Assembly (NCBI RefSeq): GCF_963676685.1
Contig: NC_092354.1
Location: 73,098,001 to 73,162,000, forward strand
Source: Mytilus edulis
Lineage: Eukaryota
Reading direction: 5' to 3'
DNA: 64,000 nt
The notes beneath the pieces are model-generated. The model was given only the letters and a program-made list of their open reading frames with translations, was not told where the DNA came from and did not search any database. The translations under genes and the position numbers were made by a program. Position 1 is the first letter of the stretch, and the number at the start of each line of letters is the position of its first letter. Shown in pieces: positions 14,786-28,800 of this stretch.

Positions 14786-16333
14786 TATTCGTGCAAAGTA
14801 GACTTATATAGTTAGCTGATAGTGAACCTTCCAGCACTATACACACATACATTTAGTTATAGATAATGCATAGTTTATGGTGTTTCTTGTACAAAACATC
14901 GATGCTTTTCAGTATTGATCAAATGAAAGAGCAACCTTAGGGAGGTCTTTACTTGGACAATCTGGACACCCCGAGGTGTGTTCTTCGCCCGTTATCGGGT
15001 GGAAACAACAGAACACTAGTTAAACACAAATGTATTCTTTCCACCCGATAACGGTGTATGAACAATACTAGTCACTTTGTAAATATGTTATTGTACAGCT
15101 TAGTTTTTTGAAGGGGGCGCTACTTTTTTTCTATTTGGTTAATCTTATCAAACGAGGTAAATTTTGAAGTAAATTATAGTTTGCCTTTTAACAGAGGACT
15201 ATAATGACTTCATACAAGTAATTTTCTTTGCATTAAAGCATATGTCATTGAAACATTGTATCGTCCGGGTGTATTCTGCGAAGGAATGATCTAACATTCT
15301 GAAAGAATATACCTCAATGTTGATATTTTATAGATAAACCTTATTTTGTAAATTACGGTACCTGAACATGAAAATGCAAATCAGAAGAAATGCAATTAAG
15401 ATGCCTGTTACACTTCCTGTAATAGCACCTATAAAATATTCATATCAGATCTAAAAAGTCACCAAAAGCATACCATATACTTTTCTGCTGTGATATTCCT
15501 AGCAAAGATATATGATTCACACTTTCAAAATTAATTTGATTCTTGTAAAAACAAAAGGTACATTGGATAATTAACAGAAATTAAAAAATAAAACGTGAGC
15601 ATCGATAATGGTAATTTAATGTATAAATGAATACTATTAAATAATGATAAGATACAAAATACCAGTGAACCGGTTTCATAGCGTCACGATCGCGAGTTTA
15701 CACAAGGATGCAATCACGAACGGAAAAATGAAATCTGGTCTTGATAGTTTGCAACATCAGTAAATGAATTCACTGATCAAATATTTGGAAACAAAAGCAC
15801 CTGCCACCGTTATTTTTTGTAAAAAAAATTTTGTAGAAACATTCATATTCATCGAAAGCAAAAAAAAAATCTAAATTATATTCAATCAGGGTTCTACAAA
15901 GCCAATTCCCATTGCAGGTGATAGCAGCAAATATTTTTATCTATGTTTTATTCCTATGTGTCTCACAGAGCTTCACTGACCAATAATTTGTTCGTTACTG
16001 CTTTTATTCAGTTGATCCGATGAAATACGTATATCTAAAACAAAATAATCATAAACTACATCTTTTAAAATCAGCCACGAGCCACATAAAGCAGAAAAGA
16101 GAATACTAATTAGACCACCTACTGATTTAAACGTTTTCATTGCTACAATGTAACGCAGTACTTCCGTTTACAGATTGATAAAACGTGATGTTGGTTACAT
16201 ATAAATAAGGAAACAAACAAATGCATTAACAAAATCCAAATATATAGTTCTCCATACATTCTTCAACAATAAGCATTTGCTTCCTCATTGGGTCAGAAGA
16301 TGATTGACATTTAAGTGCAAAATTTTAACTTAC

Positions 16334-16618
16334 CATTGCAAAAGTAAAGTATATTTAAAGCTCCAACGACAGATGAATGATATGATATACTGCAAATAAA
16401 CTGTCCACTACAAAGACCAGACACAATATAAGTCCTATTAATCACATTTTTAGCGATGAATCGTATAACATTGCAATCTGATTTACCAACCCATGCCATT
16501 GAAATATTAATTCTTTGATCATTATTGCACGTTATATTATTTTCTGTATCTTTTTGTACTATCAGACACTTTTCATCTGTCGAACAAACTAAGCACGGCT
16601 TTTTCATTGTCTGGAAAA
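16334..16618 (-). CDS. Exon encoding a divergent SUEL/Gal-lectin-like Cys domain
   Basis: Acceptor ttttttttag, donor g|gtaagt, phase 1-1, 285 bp open. Cys pattern C..ITC....I.I....C...C.GQ..C.I...L.I.Y.C. Confidence 0.55.
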
Positions 16619-17205
16619 CTAAAAAAAGAGAACACTGTGTTTGAGTAAGAATATCGTTCAGTTTTGAAATTTACACCAATTCGATTTTAATTAATGTTAT
16701 ATAGTATATGCTATTTGATTTAACACTTCTAATGAGTGTCCACTCAGTTGGCATGGTGAAAGGTTTATTAAAAAAAAATCTGTATCTTATATATATCATG
16801 CCGAAAACATTGTTAGTTTAATTATCATATCATTCTAATGGGTAAGCTTATTTCTTTAATTCTGTATTCATTGTAAAAATTCATCCTTTTGTCTGTCATT
16901 GACATCTTGACTAGTTTAAAATATCGATGAACGCTTTATTGCCTTGTGTAGGGGTTTATTTAGATATTATTTTTCTTTACCAGATTTAACAAGGAAATAT
17001 GTTTAACACTCCACATTCTTAAATTGTCTGTCCTAGGGCGGGCAGCTGTAGATATGTAGTTGTCTTTCGTTTATATCTGTCATATCATTTATGAATTAGG
17101 CTGTTAGTTTTCTTTTTTTCTTGTTTTACATTTTTTTATCGGGACATTTCAACTACACGGTACGTTTTTTTTTATTGTCAAATGCGGTAAGATGTCCAAA
17201 TTGTT

Positions 17206-17352
17206 GACGGGATACCAGAGGGACAGTCAAACTCATAAATCGAAAATAAACTGACAACGCACATGGCTGAAAATGAAAAAAAGACAAACAGACACACAAT
17301 AGTACACATGACACAACATGAAAAAAAAAAAAAAATAAACAACACGAACCCC
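17206..17352 (-). mobile_element. Penelope-like element 3' end fragment
   Basis: Near-identical to 57505-57640 (gataccagag..cagtcaaactcataaatcg..aagacaaacag..aatagtacac), which directly follows a PLE RT C-terminus. Confidence 0.6.
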
Positions 17353-17563
17353 GTTGGAATGATATCGTAACCTTGGTGGATAGTTGTCTTATTTGCATTC
17401 ATATCACATCCTCTGATGGTTGTATGAATTTAACATGTATGACTGACTACCACTACAACGACAAAGCGTATGAATTTGATTTTAACTTTTAAAATCTAGA
17501 ATATAACTTGGCTAAATAATATCATGATCAAATGAAGGAATATCCTTATATCTGATATGATCA

Positions 17564-18198
17564 TTATCGGTATGTGTTGTGTGACATTACTACCACTATC
17601 ATGTTGTGTCGTATATGATGTTTATAACGACTTTTATGAGTTGACGTTTGATTTTTAGCATTATTTTGCATAACTGTTGTATATATCCGATTACCATTAT
17701 CATGTTCTGTTGTATGAGTTCGATTACCATTATCGTGATCTGGAGTAGGAGTTTGATTATCACGATAATGAGCAGTAGTATGAGTTCGATTACCACTATA
17801 ATGATTAGTAGTATGAGTTCGATTAGCATTATAATGATCAGTAGCATGAGTTCGATAACTACTATCATGACCTTGATGATGAGTTGGAATGCTTCTCACA
17901 TGACCTGGAGTATGAGTCCGATAACTACTATCATGATATGTAGTACGAGTTGGAATGTTATTCACATGATCTGCAATATGAGTTCGAATACTACTAACAT
18001 GATCTGTAGTATGAGCCAGATTACCACCAGTATGGTCTGGAGTACGAGTTTGACTGCTATTTACATTAACCAATGTCTTATTTTGAATATCAGCATCATG
18101 ATCTGACGTATGATTTCTGTTTTCAAGGTTCGATGTGTATTTGCTATTATCATGGTCATGACCAGATTCATTAAATCTTCTATCGGTATCATTGTCGG
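17564..18198 (-). CDS. His/Thr/Asn/Asp-rich 11-aa repeat (mucin-like) exon
   Basis: Acceptor tttcag|cc at 18199 in phase 1, matching the end of exon 19600-19836. 33-bp tandem repeats encode T-x-x-H-x-x-x-N-R-T-H, with many N-x-T/S sequons. Confidence 0.6.
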
Positions 18199-19599
18199 CT
18201 GAAACATGAATGGTAAGGCAAACCAATCATCTCAAGCCACGCTTCTTTTTGAAAAAGTTTAGAATATTCATAGAAAATTAATTTTGTTTACATTCTGGTT
18301 CCCAGTTATGATCTCTGTGTTCCATCTCATAGAGACATAACTTGGGAATGTTACCAGTAAATATACATGAGCATATTGTTTATATGCCGCACAGCCCTAT
18401 ATTTTGACCTTTAAAAAAAATTGAAGTGCATTTGAACTTTCAATTCTAGGATATTTTTTTTTCAAAACTTCATAGTAAAAGTGGTAAAGTTTTAGCCGTA
18501 AAAGGAGTATCTATGGGAAATTGCATTGTCAATATTTACAGAAATGCAACCTTATACTTAATCACTCTGACAAAGATATCATACAACATAAATTATACGT
18601 ATTTTCTTCACAACTTAATTTCAAGCAATTCACTGCGATTGATAAGAGATTGAGATATGAAAATAAATCCCTAAAACCTTTGGAAAATAATAGCATTCCG
18701 TTTTGGTGTAAAGTTGGTTAGCATGTTATTAGGTAGATGTCTCGATCTTTGTCGTGTGATTCGTTTACAACATATACACAAATAGAAGTAAATGTCAGAA
18801 TGCTGTAGTTCATTGATTGTCATTGGTGCATGTCTGTCAGATTTGTATTATTTGTTTGTAAATTGTTTTGTTATAAATAAGCCATTTTTTCAATGGAAAT
18901 GCTTAATCTTTTACATGTCGGTTTCCCTTTTAGCAGATTATATGTATAAGGTTTTCTCATTGCTGACAGTTGTACAGTTGTCTATAGCCGCTTACATCTA
19001 TTGCAATTTTGGTAGATATTTGTCTCACTGGCAATTGTATCATATCTCCTCATTTTTATATTTGAATGACTATTTCGATGCAGATAGAGAAATCATTTGT
19101 TTTTATTGGTATATAAACATGTATTTCATTACCCTATTTATTATATTTTATTAACGTTATCTTTGTACTTTTGCTTTTTTCTATATCGATTTCATTCAAA
19201 TCTTAATTGATACACATTCATGTCGATATCTGATAGAATAAAACTTACACAGGGAACGTGTCAAAGAGACAACACCGACAAAAACCAGAAAACAGATCAA
19301 GTTCACCAATGGATCTTCAATACAGCGAAAAACCTTGTATATTTTATGATGAAGCAACACCTTATCGGGATACCGGAACGTGACGCTTTTAAAGGAATTG
19401 TGATAATGAACTTGCATTAATGTGCTCTGTAGTAAATTCATTAATGTTTCCTCAGGTCCTCGTTTTATTTCAAGAATATTTATGCTGCTTAACATCCTAA
19501 TGTCGAGTTAGCTGGTAAATTATGAACATATTTTCAGTGATATTTGTCTATTAAAGTTAAGTATACACAATGTAGTACTGGCATATACATAATATTTAC

Positions 19600-19836
19600 A
19601 TTTACATCCAAAACCTATGTTAAGGAATTTGTAGTCTGTGTGTCTAAAGGGTACAGTATATATTGACCTTTTGTTAAATGTAATAGACTTAAGACGGCTA
19701 CTATTCTGAGGGAACAGAAAGGCGTCAGATGAACAACTATTATTTGCAAAGCCAAACTGTTTGATGTGAATGCTTTTATCGTCTGGACACTGCAATGTCC
19801 CATTGGTGTTATTTTTAACAGCAACGCAAATTTCTT
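19600..19836 (-). CDS. SUEL/Gal-lectin-like domain exon (copy 2)
   Basis: ttcag acceptor, gtaaat donor, 237 bp, phase 1-1: EICVAVKNNTNGTLQCPDDKSIHIKQ...FLNIGFGCK. Confidence 0.65.
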
Positions 19837-20179
19837 CTGAAATCCAGAAATGATCAGAATATAACCTACCATATTAGATCTGTCACCGGGTTTGTAATTA
19901 CATTAAAAACACTCAGGGTATCGTACTTCGAGCAGGATTTCATTACCAATATTTAACCAAGACTTTTTTAGAACCGGAATCATATATTTCATGACAGATG
20001 TAGCAAGAATGCCTCGCTCTTTAAAAGTTAAGAATCCTTCGCTATAACTACTTAATGAGTACGAACCGGTCTTTTTGACACGCAGAAATTATGGTTTATA
20101 TAAATGTCAATGGTACGGACAAGACTTATTAAATCAAAACTGAGGTTACTAGATGCATTTACATTTTTATATAAACCAG

Positions 20180-20903
20180 GGGCCTGTTTATCGAAGCTCT
20201 CTTAGGATTAGGACGTGTCCTAAGACCAACTTAGGACACATCTTAGTCCTAAATGGGTTTATCAAACATGTCTCAACTTAGGAAAATCCTAGGAATTGTC
20301 CTAACTTTAGGATACCAATTTAGGTGTCTTAAGAGGGTCTTAGGATGGTCCTAACTTTAGGATATATTCTAATTTCGTCTTTTGCTCATTTTCACACGTA
20401 TTATTTTTTAGCAGTAGTAAATTAGTTGAAAGTCTCCGTATTTATTTGAAAAATGCACGAGATTTGCCTTTCAACTGTTGAAGAATAAAACCGTGACACC
20501 TCGAATTCAACTCACTCAAAAACATGTAATGATTATAATTATATCTTGTTTACAATTAGTTTGATAATTTGTAGTTATTTTTTCTTCTTCTGTTTTGTTT
20601 TACACAGATTAAATGTACAATTATTTATTACGTTTAATCTAAAACTAGTTTCTAATTAATCATATTTAAAAAAACCAAAAAATATTGATAAAATTTGATA
20701 TCATATTTTTTTTTCATATTTAATTTGTATTTTCTTTTCCGCCAATACTTAGGACATCGGTTAGGACGTCCTAGCTAAGATATTCCTAAGATAGCTTCGA
20801 TGTGCATGCTGAGACGTGTCGTAAGTCGGTCCTAACTTTATCCTAAATTCTGTCCTAAGAAATTCTTAGGACGGAACTTAGGACAGTTTCGATAAACAGG
20901 CCC
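20180..20903. mobile_element. PIF/Harbinger-type MITE
   Basis: TIR gggcctgtttatcgaa / ttcgataaacaggccc, 3-bp CAG duplication (20177-20179, 20904-20906), many subterminal cttagg/cctaag repeats. Confidence 0.85.
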
Positions 20904-21270
20904 CAGCATTACAGTGTAAAATGCATACAGAACATAAGAAATAATTAAATTTTGCATACAAAAACTCGTTGAACTATAAATTAAAATCGAAACAATGTTT
21001 AAAAAGTAGAGACTTGAAGACAAATTTTAGAAACGCTTTCGATGATTTTCATTTTGACCTTAAACACTTGGTTGTGATTATGAACAACGTACTATTGGTT
21101 GTATTGTATGATCTGTGTTTTTATTAGCAAATATATAGTGTACAAAGTGTAATAATGCCAACTTGCAAATTCAGTTCTTTAAATACCTTTTCAGGTCTTT
21201 GTTTTGTTTTTATATATTTAAAATACGTTACGTTTACGCAATATAGTGCTGGCACATACATAATATTGAC

Positions 21271-21507
21271 CTATACACTGAAAACCTATGTTAAGGAAGT
21301 TGTAGCTTGGGTGCCTAAAGGGCACAATACATATAGACCGGTTGTAACATGTTATAGACTTAAGACGGCTAAGTTTCTGAGGGACACGAAAAGCGTCAGA
21401 TGAGCAACTATTACTTGCAAAGCCAATCTGTTTGATGTTAATACTTTTATCATCTGGACACTGCAATGTCCCATTGGTGTTACTTTTAACAGAAAAACAC
21501 ATTTCTT
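21271..21507 (-). CDS. SUEL/Gal-lectin-like domain exon (copy 1)
   Basis: Acceptor tttttctttcag, 237 bp, phase 1-1: EMCFSVKSNTNGTLQCPDDKSINIKQIGFASNSCSS...ITCYNRSICIVP...FLNIGFQCI. Confidence 0.65.
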
Positions 21508-24500
21508 CTGAAAGAAAAACCCAAAACAATTATTAAACAATTCATTTTAGATGACCAGACATGATTCATTGTATTACTTCACATTGTCTTATTGTTTAAC
21601 ATATGACAACGAATACTTTCCAAATGTCATAATCAATATTGTTCACTTTTACCCGAAGACAACTTATTATACTTAATACCGGGTTTGTTCTCACATTTAC
21701 AACACACATGATATCATATGTGGAAAAGGATTGCATAACCCTTCCCGTTCAACCCAATTTAATTTCGAGGGGTTTAGATTTTTGTTTTTTCTGTTGTGGT
21801 TTGTGTACTGTTGTCCATCTTTTGGTTTATTTATCTTTTGTTGCCAAGGCTCTGACACAAAAAATATAAAACAATTAATCTGGGAAAATTGAGGCCTAAC
21901 TGTTAGCAAAACAATTTCCAAAAACAAATATGACAGACAAGAACCAAAGACAACCACTGAAGTTCAGATTTCTGAATTGAGAGAGACACTCGAATATTAT
22001 TCGTCTGTAAAATTTTATCTGAAAAAAGGAATTTGTACGACGATTGGCGATGTCAATTAAAATTTAAATAGGAATGAGTTTTATCTACTGCAATTTAATT
22101 ATGAGGAGATCCTCACTTACTGTTTGGCGACACAATACAGAGTTTACGTTAGACCATTAAGATTACTAGCATACATAACGACAATCATTTAACAACATTC
22201 CCGATTGATTTGAATGCCGATTACATTGTACAATTTTGTGCAATCAATCTCAAACACATGGGCTTATTTGAGTATAAAATATTGTCAACAAACTGGTATT
22301 TTCTGCAGCAAAGCCATGGTAACTTACAAAATGTACGACATCTTTTTGAAATTACAGTTAATGAAAATATTTAACAATGACTTGTTTTTGGAATTGAGAC
22401 ATTTAATTCCATGACCACGTTCTTTGTACGTTTAAAACCTTTCACAATAACTACTGTGGATTCATTCATTTACGTGGATACCGATTGTCATGGTTTGAGG
22501 AAAAGTTGTAGTTTTGTGGATAAATAATTTCGTTGTCTGGCAACGAATGCATACATTCCCTTAGAAAATTCATAATTAGTTGATTTTAGGTTCCTCTGTT
22601 CCCACGGAATGCACAAGCATTGTCATCCAAAGAATAATAACGAATTCACAGTACTCAATGAGTAAAAAAGTGTTGTGTTTAATTGCGAAATTTGTGGTTT
22701 ATATCTATGCAGAAATCAGTTGTGCTTGACATTTATATAGAGAATTGCAGATATGAAACATAGATTTAACTTTAAAGCTAATGGAAATAAAAAGGAACTA
22801 TGAGGAAAATACAAATGGGTAGTTACATACCAAAACAATATTATTAAAGAAGGTTTCTTGTCATCTTCAATTCTTTAAATTGGAAACTTTGAAATCTAAT
22901 AAATGCATGACAATGTGTTATATTGTTACTAAAGTTATTCAGATAAGTTACTTTTGGGTTTTATTTAAAGAAAGCAATTGTTGAAATAAATCTGGCTTAC
23001 ACCTAGGCCTGATCTGAAAAATTTCGGTATGGTGATATATGATGCTTAACGTATACTGCATTATAATTGAGATTATTAAAATTTTATATTTTCAATAATC
23101 TGGTGTAATTCAATCAAATATTCGTGTGGGTGCGTGGGTGTTGCAGCCTGTAGATCATTGCCATATTTGGCATGGCCATAGCGGCGCTCGCAGCATGAAT
23201 GTCATGGACCATGGGGAAGAAAAGAAGAACGACCAGCAGGACAGGAGGAAAGAGATTGCAGCATGAAGAAATTGCCCAAAAAGAAAGACGGGGCTGGCCG
23301 GAGAAGAACTACCAGGAAAACAAAGAAGTCGGACACGTGGTGGCAGAAGTACCTGTGGAAACTGCTGATATCTCATCAGGTAATGAGTCAGAGGAGGATG
23401 AACGGGCATTACCCTCTTTAAGGCACGACCCGTTACACGAAGACTTTGAAATTGCAAATAATTCCATTGATTTCACTCCGTCAAAAGAATCTAGAGTTCA
23501 TGAAACAGTGGGGGAACACGTCCCTTTTTAAATTAAAGAAAATATTTCGAAGGGAAAGTTTATAGAGCTTCATTCTCTTTTGAGAATGCAGAAAGAAATG
23601 GAAGAGGTTGACGAGGGCGGTTTGGTTTGAAATTAAAAAGGGGGAAAATGTGCATTGAAAAAAGATCGTCGGGGGTTTGTTTGTCAATAAATGAATGGAC
23701 TTTAGCATTCATGATTTTTATGATTGTCTACATAGAGACATACAGCCCTCGAGCACAGGAAATGTTAAAATATATGCGCGATATCAGATTAGCGGCAATA
23801 AGGTCAGAAAACACGGTCAGCTATGACGAGCAATTTATGCTAAAAATAGAAAAGAATCCAAATGTATCTTGGGGAAATATACACGGTAAATATTGGCTAT
23901 TACACATCACATCTCCCACAGTTCATAACAGTGTGTCAAGGCAATCACAGGGTTATAGAACAACGACACAAAATCGTGGTAATTATAACTCAAATACACT
24001 TTCAAACAATAGAACACACCAACAATCACAGGTAACTAGTGGAAGTGTAAATATGTCATGTAAATACAATAATAATGGTAATGACCTTACTTCCCTCGTT
24101 GTAGGTTTAAACACATATGTGAAATATGCAGTGGCAAACACAGAAAGGCCCAATGGAATAACTGGGCCCAAGGAAAAAGTGACAAAAAGTATTAATTTTT
24201 ATTCATTAGGAAATACTCCACCTATAAAAGTATCAGTCTTGGAAAATAATTTAGAATTTTACCCACTTAACAATGTAGCACATGAAATTATATCTGGATT
24301 GAAATAAGGTTTTTCATTAAAATATTTTGGCTCTATAAAAATGCATTACAGCTACCCAAAATTTTTAAAGAAAAATTAATGAAGGAAGTTAAACTTGGTC
24401 GCATTGCTGGTCCTTTCAAATACCCACCTTTTCCCACACTTCAGGTATCACCAATGGGGCTAGTGCCAAAAAAGGATAGGGATTTCAGACTTATTCAACA

Positions 24501-24844
24501 TTTATCCTATCCTGAGAATAATTCAATAAACGATTGTATTGATAAAGATCAATGTTCAGTGTAGTACAGTTCAGTGGACGAAGCAGCATGTTTGATGAAT
24601 AGAAACAAAACATTTGCCCGATTATTAGTAAGTCAGTGTGACGTAAAAGCGGCTTTTCGTTTGTTTCCAATTACACCGCACGATTTTCATTTGTTGGGGA
24701 TAAAATTTCAGGGTGAATATTATCTTAATAAAATGCTCCCTATGGGAGCCTCAATAAGCTGTGCCATGTGGGAGAAATTTGCAAAAGCTTTGCATTGGAT
24801 AATACAGCTAAAAAGCGGAAATGATGATATCCTACATTATTTAG

Positions 24845-25262
24845 ATTGATTGATTGTTGGTTGCTTAACTTCCAGTGGCAAATATTTCATGCATATTCAG
24901 GACGAGAACAAGTTCACAATAAATACAATAGGTAGGTCTTGTCACAATAGAGGCAATCTGGGATGATGGTCGGGGAAATTTGGACTGCCACTGGAAAATA
25001 AGGGTTTTTTGGATAAGGACAGAAATTTTGCCTTGCAACAGGCCATCTACGGACCCCTCAAAGAGTTGTTGCAAGTGTTCTTGATCGTGGCACTCTCTTT
25101 ACACGAGACATTGGATTTAATGTCCCCATTCTGACCGGACGTGACTGCGAACTTCATACATCCCGCACAACCAAACGGACGCCCCACTTCAGCAAGCGTT
25201 TTACTGCCGGTCGGGAGAAGACCAAGTGACCATATTTCTATTCCCCAGTCACCCTTGGGGGC
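24845..25262 (-). mobile_element. SINE inserted into the Ngaro RT catalytic motif
   Basis: (aatc)n tail on the minus strand; 10-bp TSD cattatttag at 24835-24844 and 25263-25272. Confidence 0.75.
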
Positions 25263-25376
25263 CATTATTTAGCTGATTTGATTTTGTCGAGTCGAGCTAA
25301 TTATCAAAAGTTTGCAATGCTTTGAAGTTATTCTAAGAGGTGTGCAACAACATAAGGTACTCCTCTTGCTAGTGAC

Positions 25377-25860
25377 AATAAAATTGAGAATGGAAATGGG
25401 GAATGTGCCAAAGAGACAACAACCCGACATAGAAAAAAAAAACAACAGCAGAAGGTCACCAACAGGTCTTCAATGTAGCGAGAAATTCCCGCACCCGGAG
25501 GCGTCCTTCAGCTGGCCCCTAAACAAATATATACTAGTTCAGTGATAATGAACGCCATACTAATTTCCAAATTGTACACAAGAAATTAAAATTAAAATAA
25601 TACAAGACTAACAAAGGCCAGAGGCTCCTGACTTGGGACAGGCGTAAAATACGGCGGGGTTAAACATGTTTGTGAGATCTCAACCCTCCCCTATACCTCT
25701 AGCCAATGTAGAAAGGTAAACGCATAACAATACGCACATTTAAAATCCAGTCCAGGAAAAGTCCGAGTCTGATGTCAGAAGATGTAACCAAAGAAAATAA
25801 ACAAAATGACAATAATACATAAATAACAACAGACTACTAGCAGTTAACTGACATGCCAGC
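25377..25860 (-). mobile_element. Penelope-like 3'-end repeat inserted in the Ngaro pol
   Basis: Removing it restores PLASD|KTT..LMFLGIEFDT. Related fragments occur at ~30670-30760 and ~41555-41650. Confidence 0.7.
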
Positions 25861-28800
25861 AAGACTACTTCGCCGACTACATTACTTATGTTTTTGGGTA
25901 TAGAATTTGATACACAGAATTTTATCATGCGACTTCCAAAAACTCTCACAACAAATCAGAGATACCTTTGACAGTTCTAAAATAACTCTTAAAGATATGC
26001 AATCTCTTCTTAGACTCCTGATTTTTGCTTGTAAGGTAGTTGCTCCAGACCGCACCTTCTGTCGCAGACTCATAAATTCAACAATCGGGGTATGAAAATC
26101 GTATTACAAAATTCGAGTAAACAAGCAAATGAAAGCAGATTTAGAAGTTTGGTTAGACTTTTTAAAACAATATAATGGTGTCACTGTAATAAAAGACAAT
26201 GTATGGGTTTTGTAATGAAAAAAATAACTGATAGTGCAGGGGGATCCAAAGGCGGGTATGGGATCTATTTTGCAGGTCAGCCCAAGGCATATGTCCAAAA
26301 TATTGGGTTGAGACTGGAAATACAAGAGATATGACGTTGTTAAAGTTGTTTCCAGTTGTAGCTGCTCTTATGTCCTGGGAATCCTATTTTGTTAACAAAA
26401 AAGTTATTTTTCATGTTGATAATCAGGCGGTTGTTCAAATTATTAATATGAAAACTAGCAAATCAAGTAGAGTTATGACGTTAGTAAGACAGATGGTTTT
26501 ATGAACTTAAAAAATAATACATTAGTTAAGGCAATTTATATCCCTTCAAAACAAAACCAAATTGCTGATTGTCTTTCTCGTTCTTAGTGGGGGAAGTTCA
26601 GAAGCATAGCTCCAGAAACAAACCAGTGGCCAACCAAAATTCAAACACAGATCTGGAACATTTAAGTCAGGTAGCTGATTATATTGTCAATCAAGGTGTT
26701 TCCAAAAATACACAAAAATCATGCAATTTGGCTCTGTCAAAACTTTGCACTTTTAGATCATCTTATAAATTGAAACAGGATTGGCCTGTGCCAGTCAATG
26801 ATTTACTAAATTTTATAGCTTTTTTGACGGTACAGGGTCTTTTTTTTTGGGGGGGGACCATCTCATCTTATATATCAGGAGTTGCATACCATCATAAAAT
26901 TCAAGGGATACAGGATACAACCAAATTCTTTATAATTGGAAAGGCATTAGAAGGAATAAAAAGAATTCAAGGAGGAAAACGTAATGACATTAGAACACCA
27001 ATTACAGTGCAATTGTTATCAAATATGATAAGTTGTTTGGATAAAGTATGTAAGAATAAATATGAAGCTGCTTTATTTTCAGCAGTTTTTTCTGTTGCCT
27101 TCTTTGGTTTGCTAAGAGTAGGGGAAATCACTACTTCAAAATCCAAGTCTATTATAAATGGCTCCAACTTAACAATTTCTGATATTTTTAGTTAGGAAAA
27201 AAGTCCTGAAGCTAAGAGTAAGGTGGTCAAAAACTGACCAAAAAGTAAAGTCTGTTACTTTATTGATACCCGAGAACAGATAAAAAATACTGTCCGATAC
27301 GACTCATTAACATATATTTAAAGGTACGACCTACCTGTAACAATACAGATTTGTTTATCCATTATACTTGTATGCCTTTAACTAGATACCAATTCAGTAG
27401 TATACTGGAAAAAGCTTTACATTTTCTTCATATTAGTAAAGGTAATTTTAAGTCACATAGTTTTCGAATTGGGGGAGCCACGGAACTAGCTAGGCAGGGG
27501 GTGTCAGAGGAGGTAATTATGAGATTAGGCAGATGGAAATTGCATGCTTATTCTCGCTATATTAGGTTGCAATTTTTCTAGTTTCAAAAGGCTAACAAGC
27601 AACAGGTTTGCACAGGTCCCAACATTTCAATAACAATTTCCAAATTGTGACATATTCTTTAACATTAAATACCATAAACACTAATGAATTATTGTCTTAA
27701 ATCTTTATAGTATCTATTTCGGGTATTTTGTAGATTAAATGTAAGCATTATTATCTCAATATACTTTAAATGTGTTATACTTCCTTAACACCTAATAAAC
27801 TATTCTATATGTTACGCTTAATAATGGAATCAAAGGTGTTATTCAGAAGTCAAAAACAAAATACAATTTAGAGATTTAAGACAAATTGAAGAGGGATTTT
27901 TGACATTTTTTTATGTGCTTTCTATATAAATGTTATTATTTTGATGGAATTTAATCCTCAAGATTTAATCAGTAGTATTTTAGATAATAAAAGAGATTAG
28001 TGCATTTCTTTTTTTTTTTCGTTTCAGTCATAGTTCAAACGAGACAAAGTTATATGCTGCATTGTTTCAAAATTTGTAAAACAGCCCACTTACTTCCCTT
28101 GACCGTAAAAATTTGCCGTCTTTTCAATTAATGATATATATTTTTTAATTACCAAATATATAGGCCACAAAGTGTAAGGATGACAAGAAGCACATTTAAT
28201 AAAAAATAATGTCGTCCACATTTACTAATGATAAAGATATAAATGAGAAATTAATAAGGTACAAAATAAGGCAACAGTAGTATACCGCTGTTCAAACCGT
28301 TAAATGAATATCGATTTAAACAAAACACTAATCCAAACAGTATTGAAACCTGGTGCGTAAATTTGTTCATTTTGGAAATATACTACTAAACTTATAAAGG
28401 ACACATCGTTATTTTATCAAACTGTTCTATCGATTTCTATAAATATATCAACAAATACTGATTACACCTAACAAACCCCATGCTATGATTTGAATATAAA
28501 GGATCAATCAATATATACATTGTAACAAACAAGCAAATATTTCTTACATTTTGTTCTTCCTGTCATAGGAATAAGGTGAGATAACGACTTATAATTGTCT
28601 TCCTTTTTTGTGACTTGGATGTCTCATTAACACTCATACCGCATCTTCTTTATCTATTAACTTTAAATGTTAAAGAGATTGAAGATCGTGAATAGCTGTA
28701 CTTGAAATTTGAGGTCTTTGAATGTGTACAATATTTAATAAAAATGCTATATTACAGCATGTCAACGTACTTGTCTTTGGTACAGACATTATATTATGCG

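Larger units (their letters stand above)
23120..27600 (+). mobile_element. Degenerate Ngaro-type tyrosine-recombinase retrotransposon (gag-RT-RH-YR), 3'-truncated
   Basis: RT EVKLGRIAGPF..SPMGLVPKK..FRLIQHLSYP, DVKAAFR, LPMG, HYLD; RNase H FHVDNQAVV; YR FFGLLRVGE, SHSFRIGGAT, LGRW..AYSRYIR. Many stops and frameshifts; no terminal repeats seen. Confidence 0.85.

Noticed and set aside
15850-16035. Possible fourth lectin-like exon (ITCNGNWLC..EYEC) on the minus strand
   Set aside because: Stops in all frames after the acceptor; at most a remnant.
17599-18106. Hydrophobic Ile/Met-rich ORFs (17648-18106 +, 17599-17868 -)
   Set aside because: Antisense and alternative frames of the 33-bp repeat exon.
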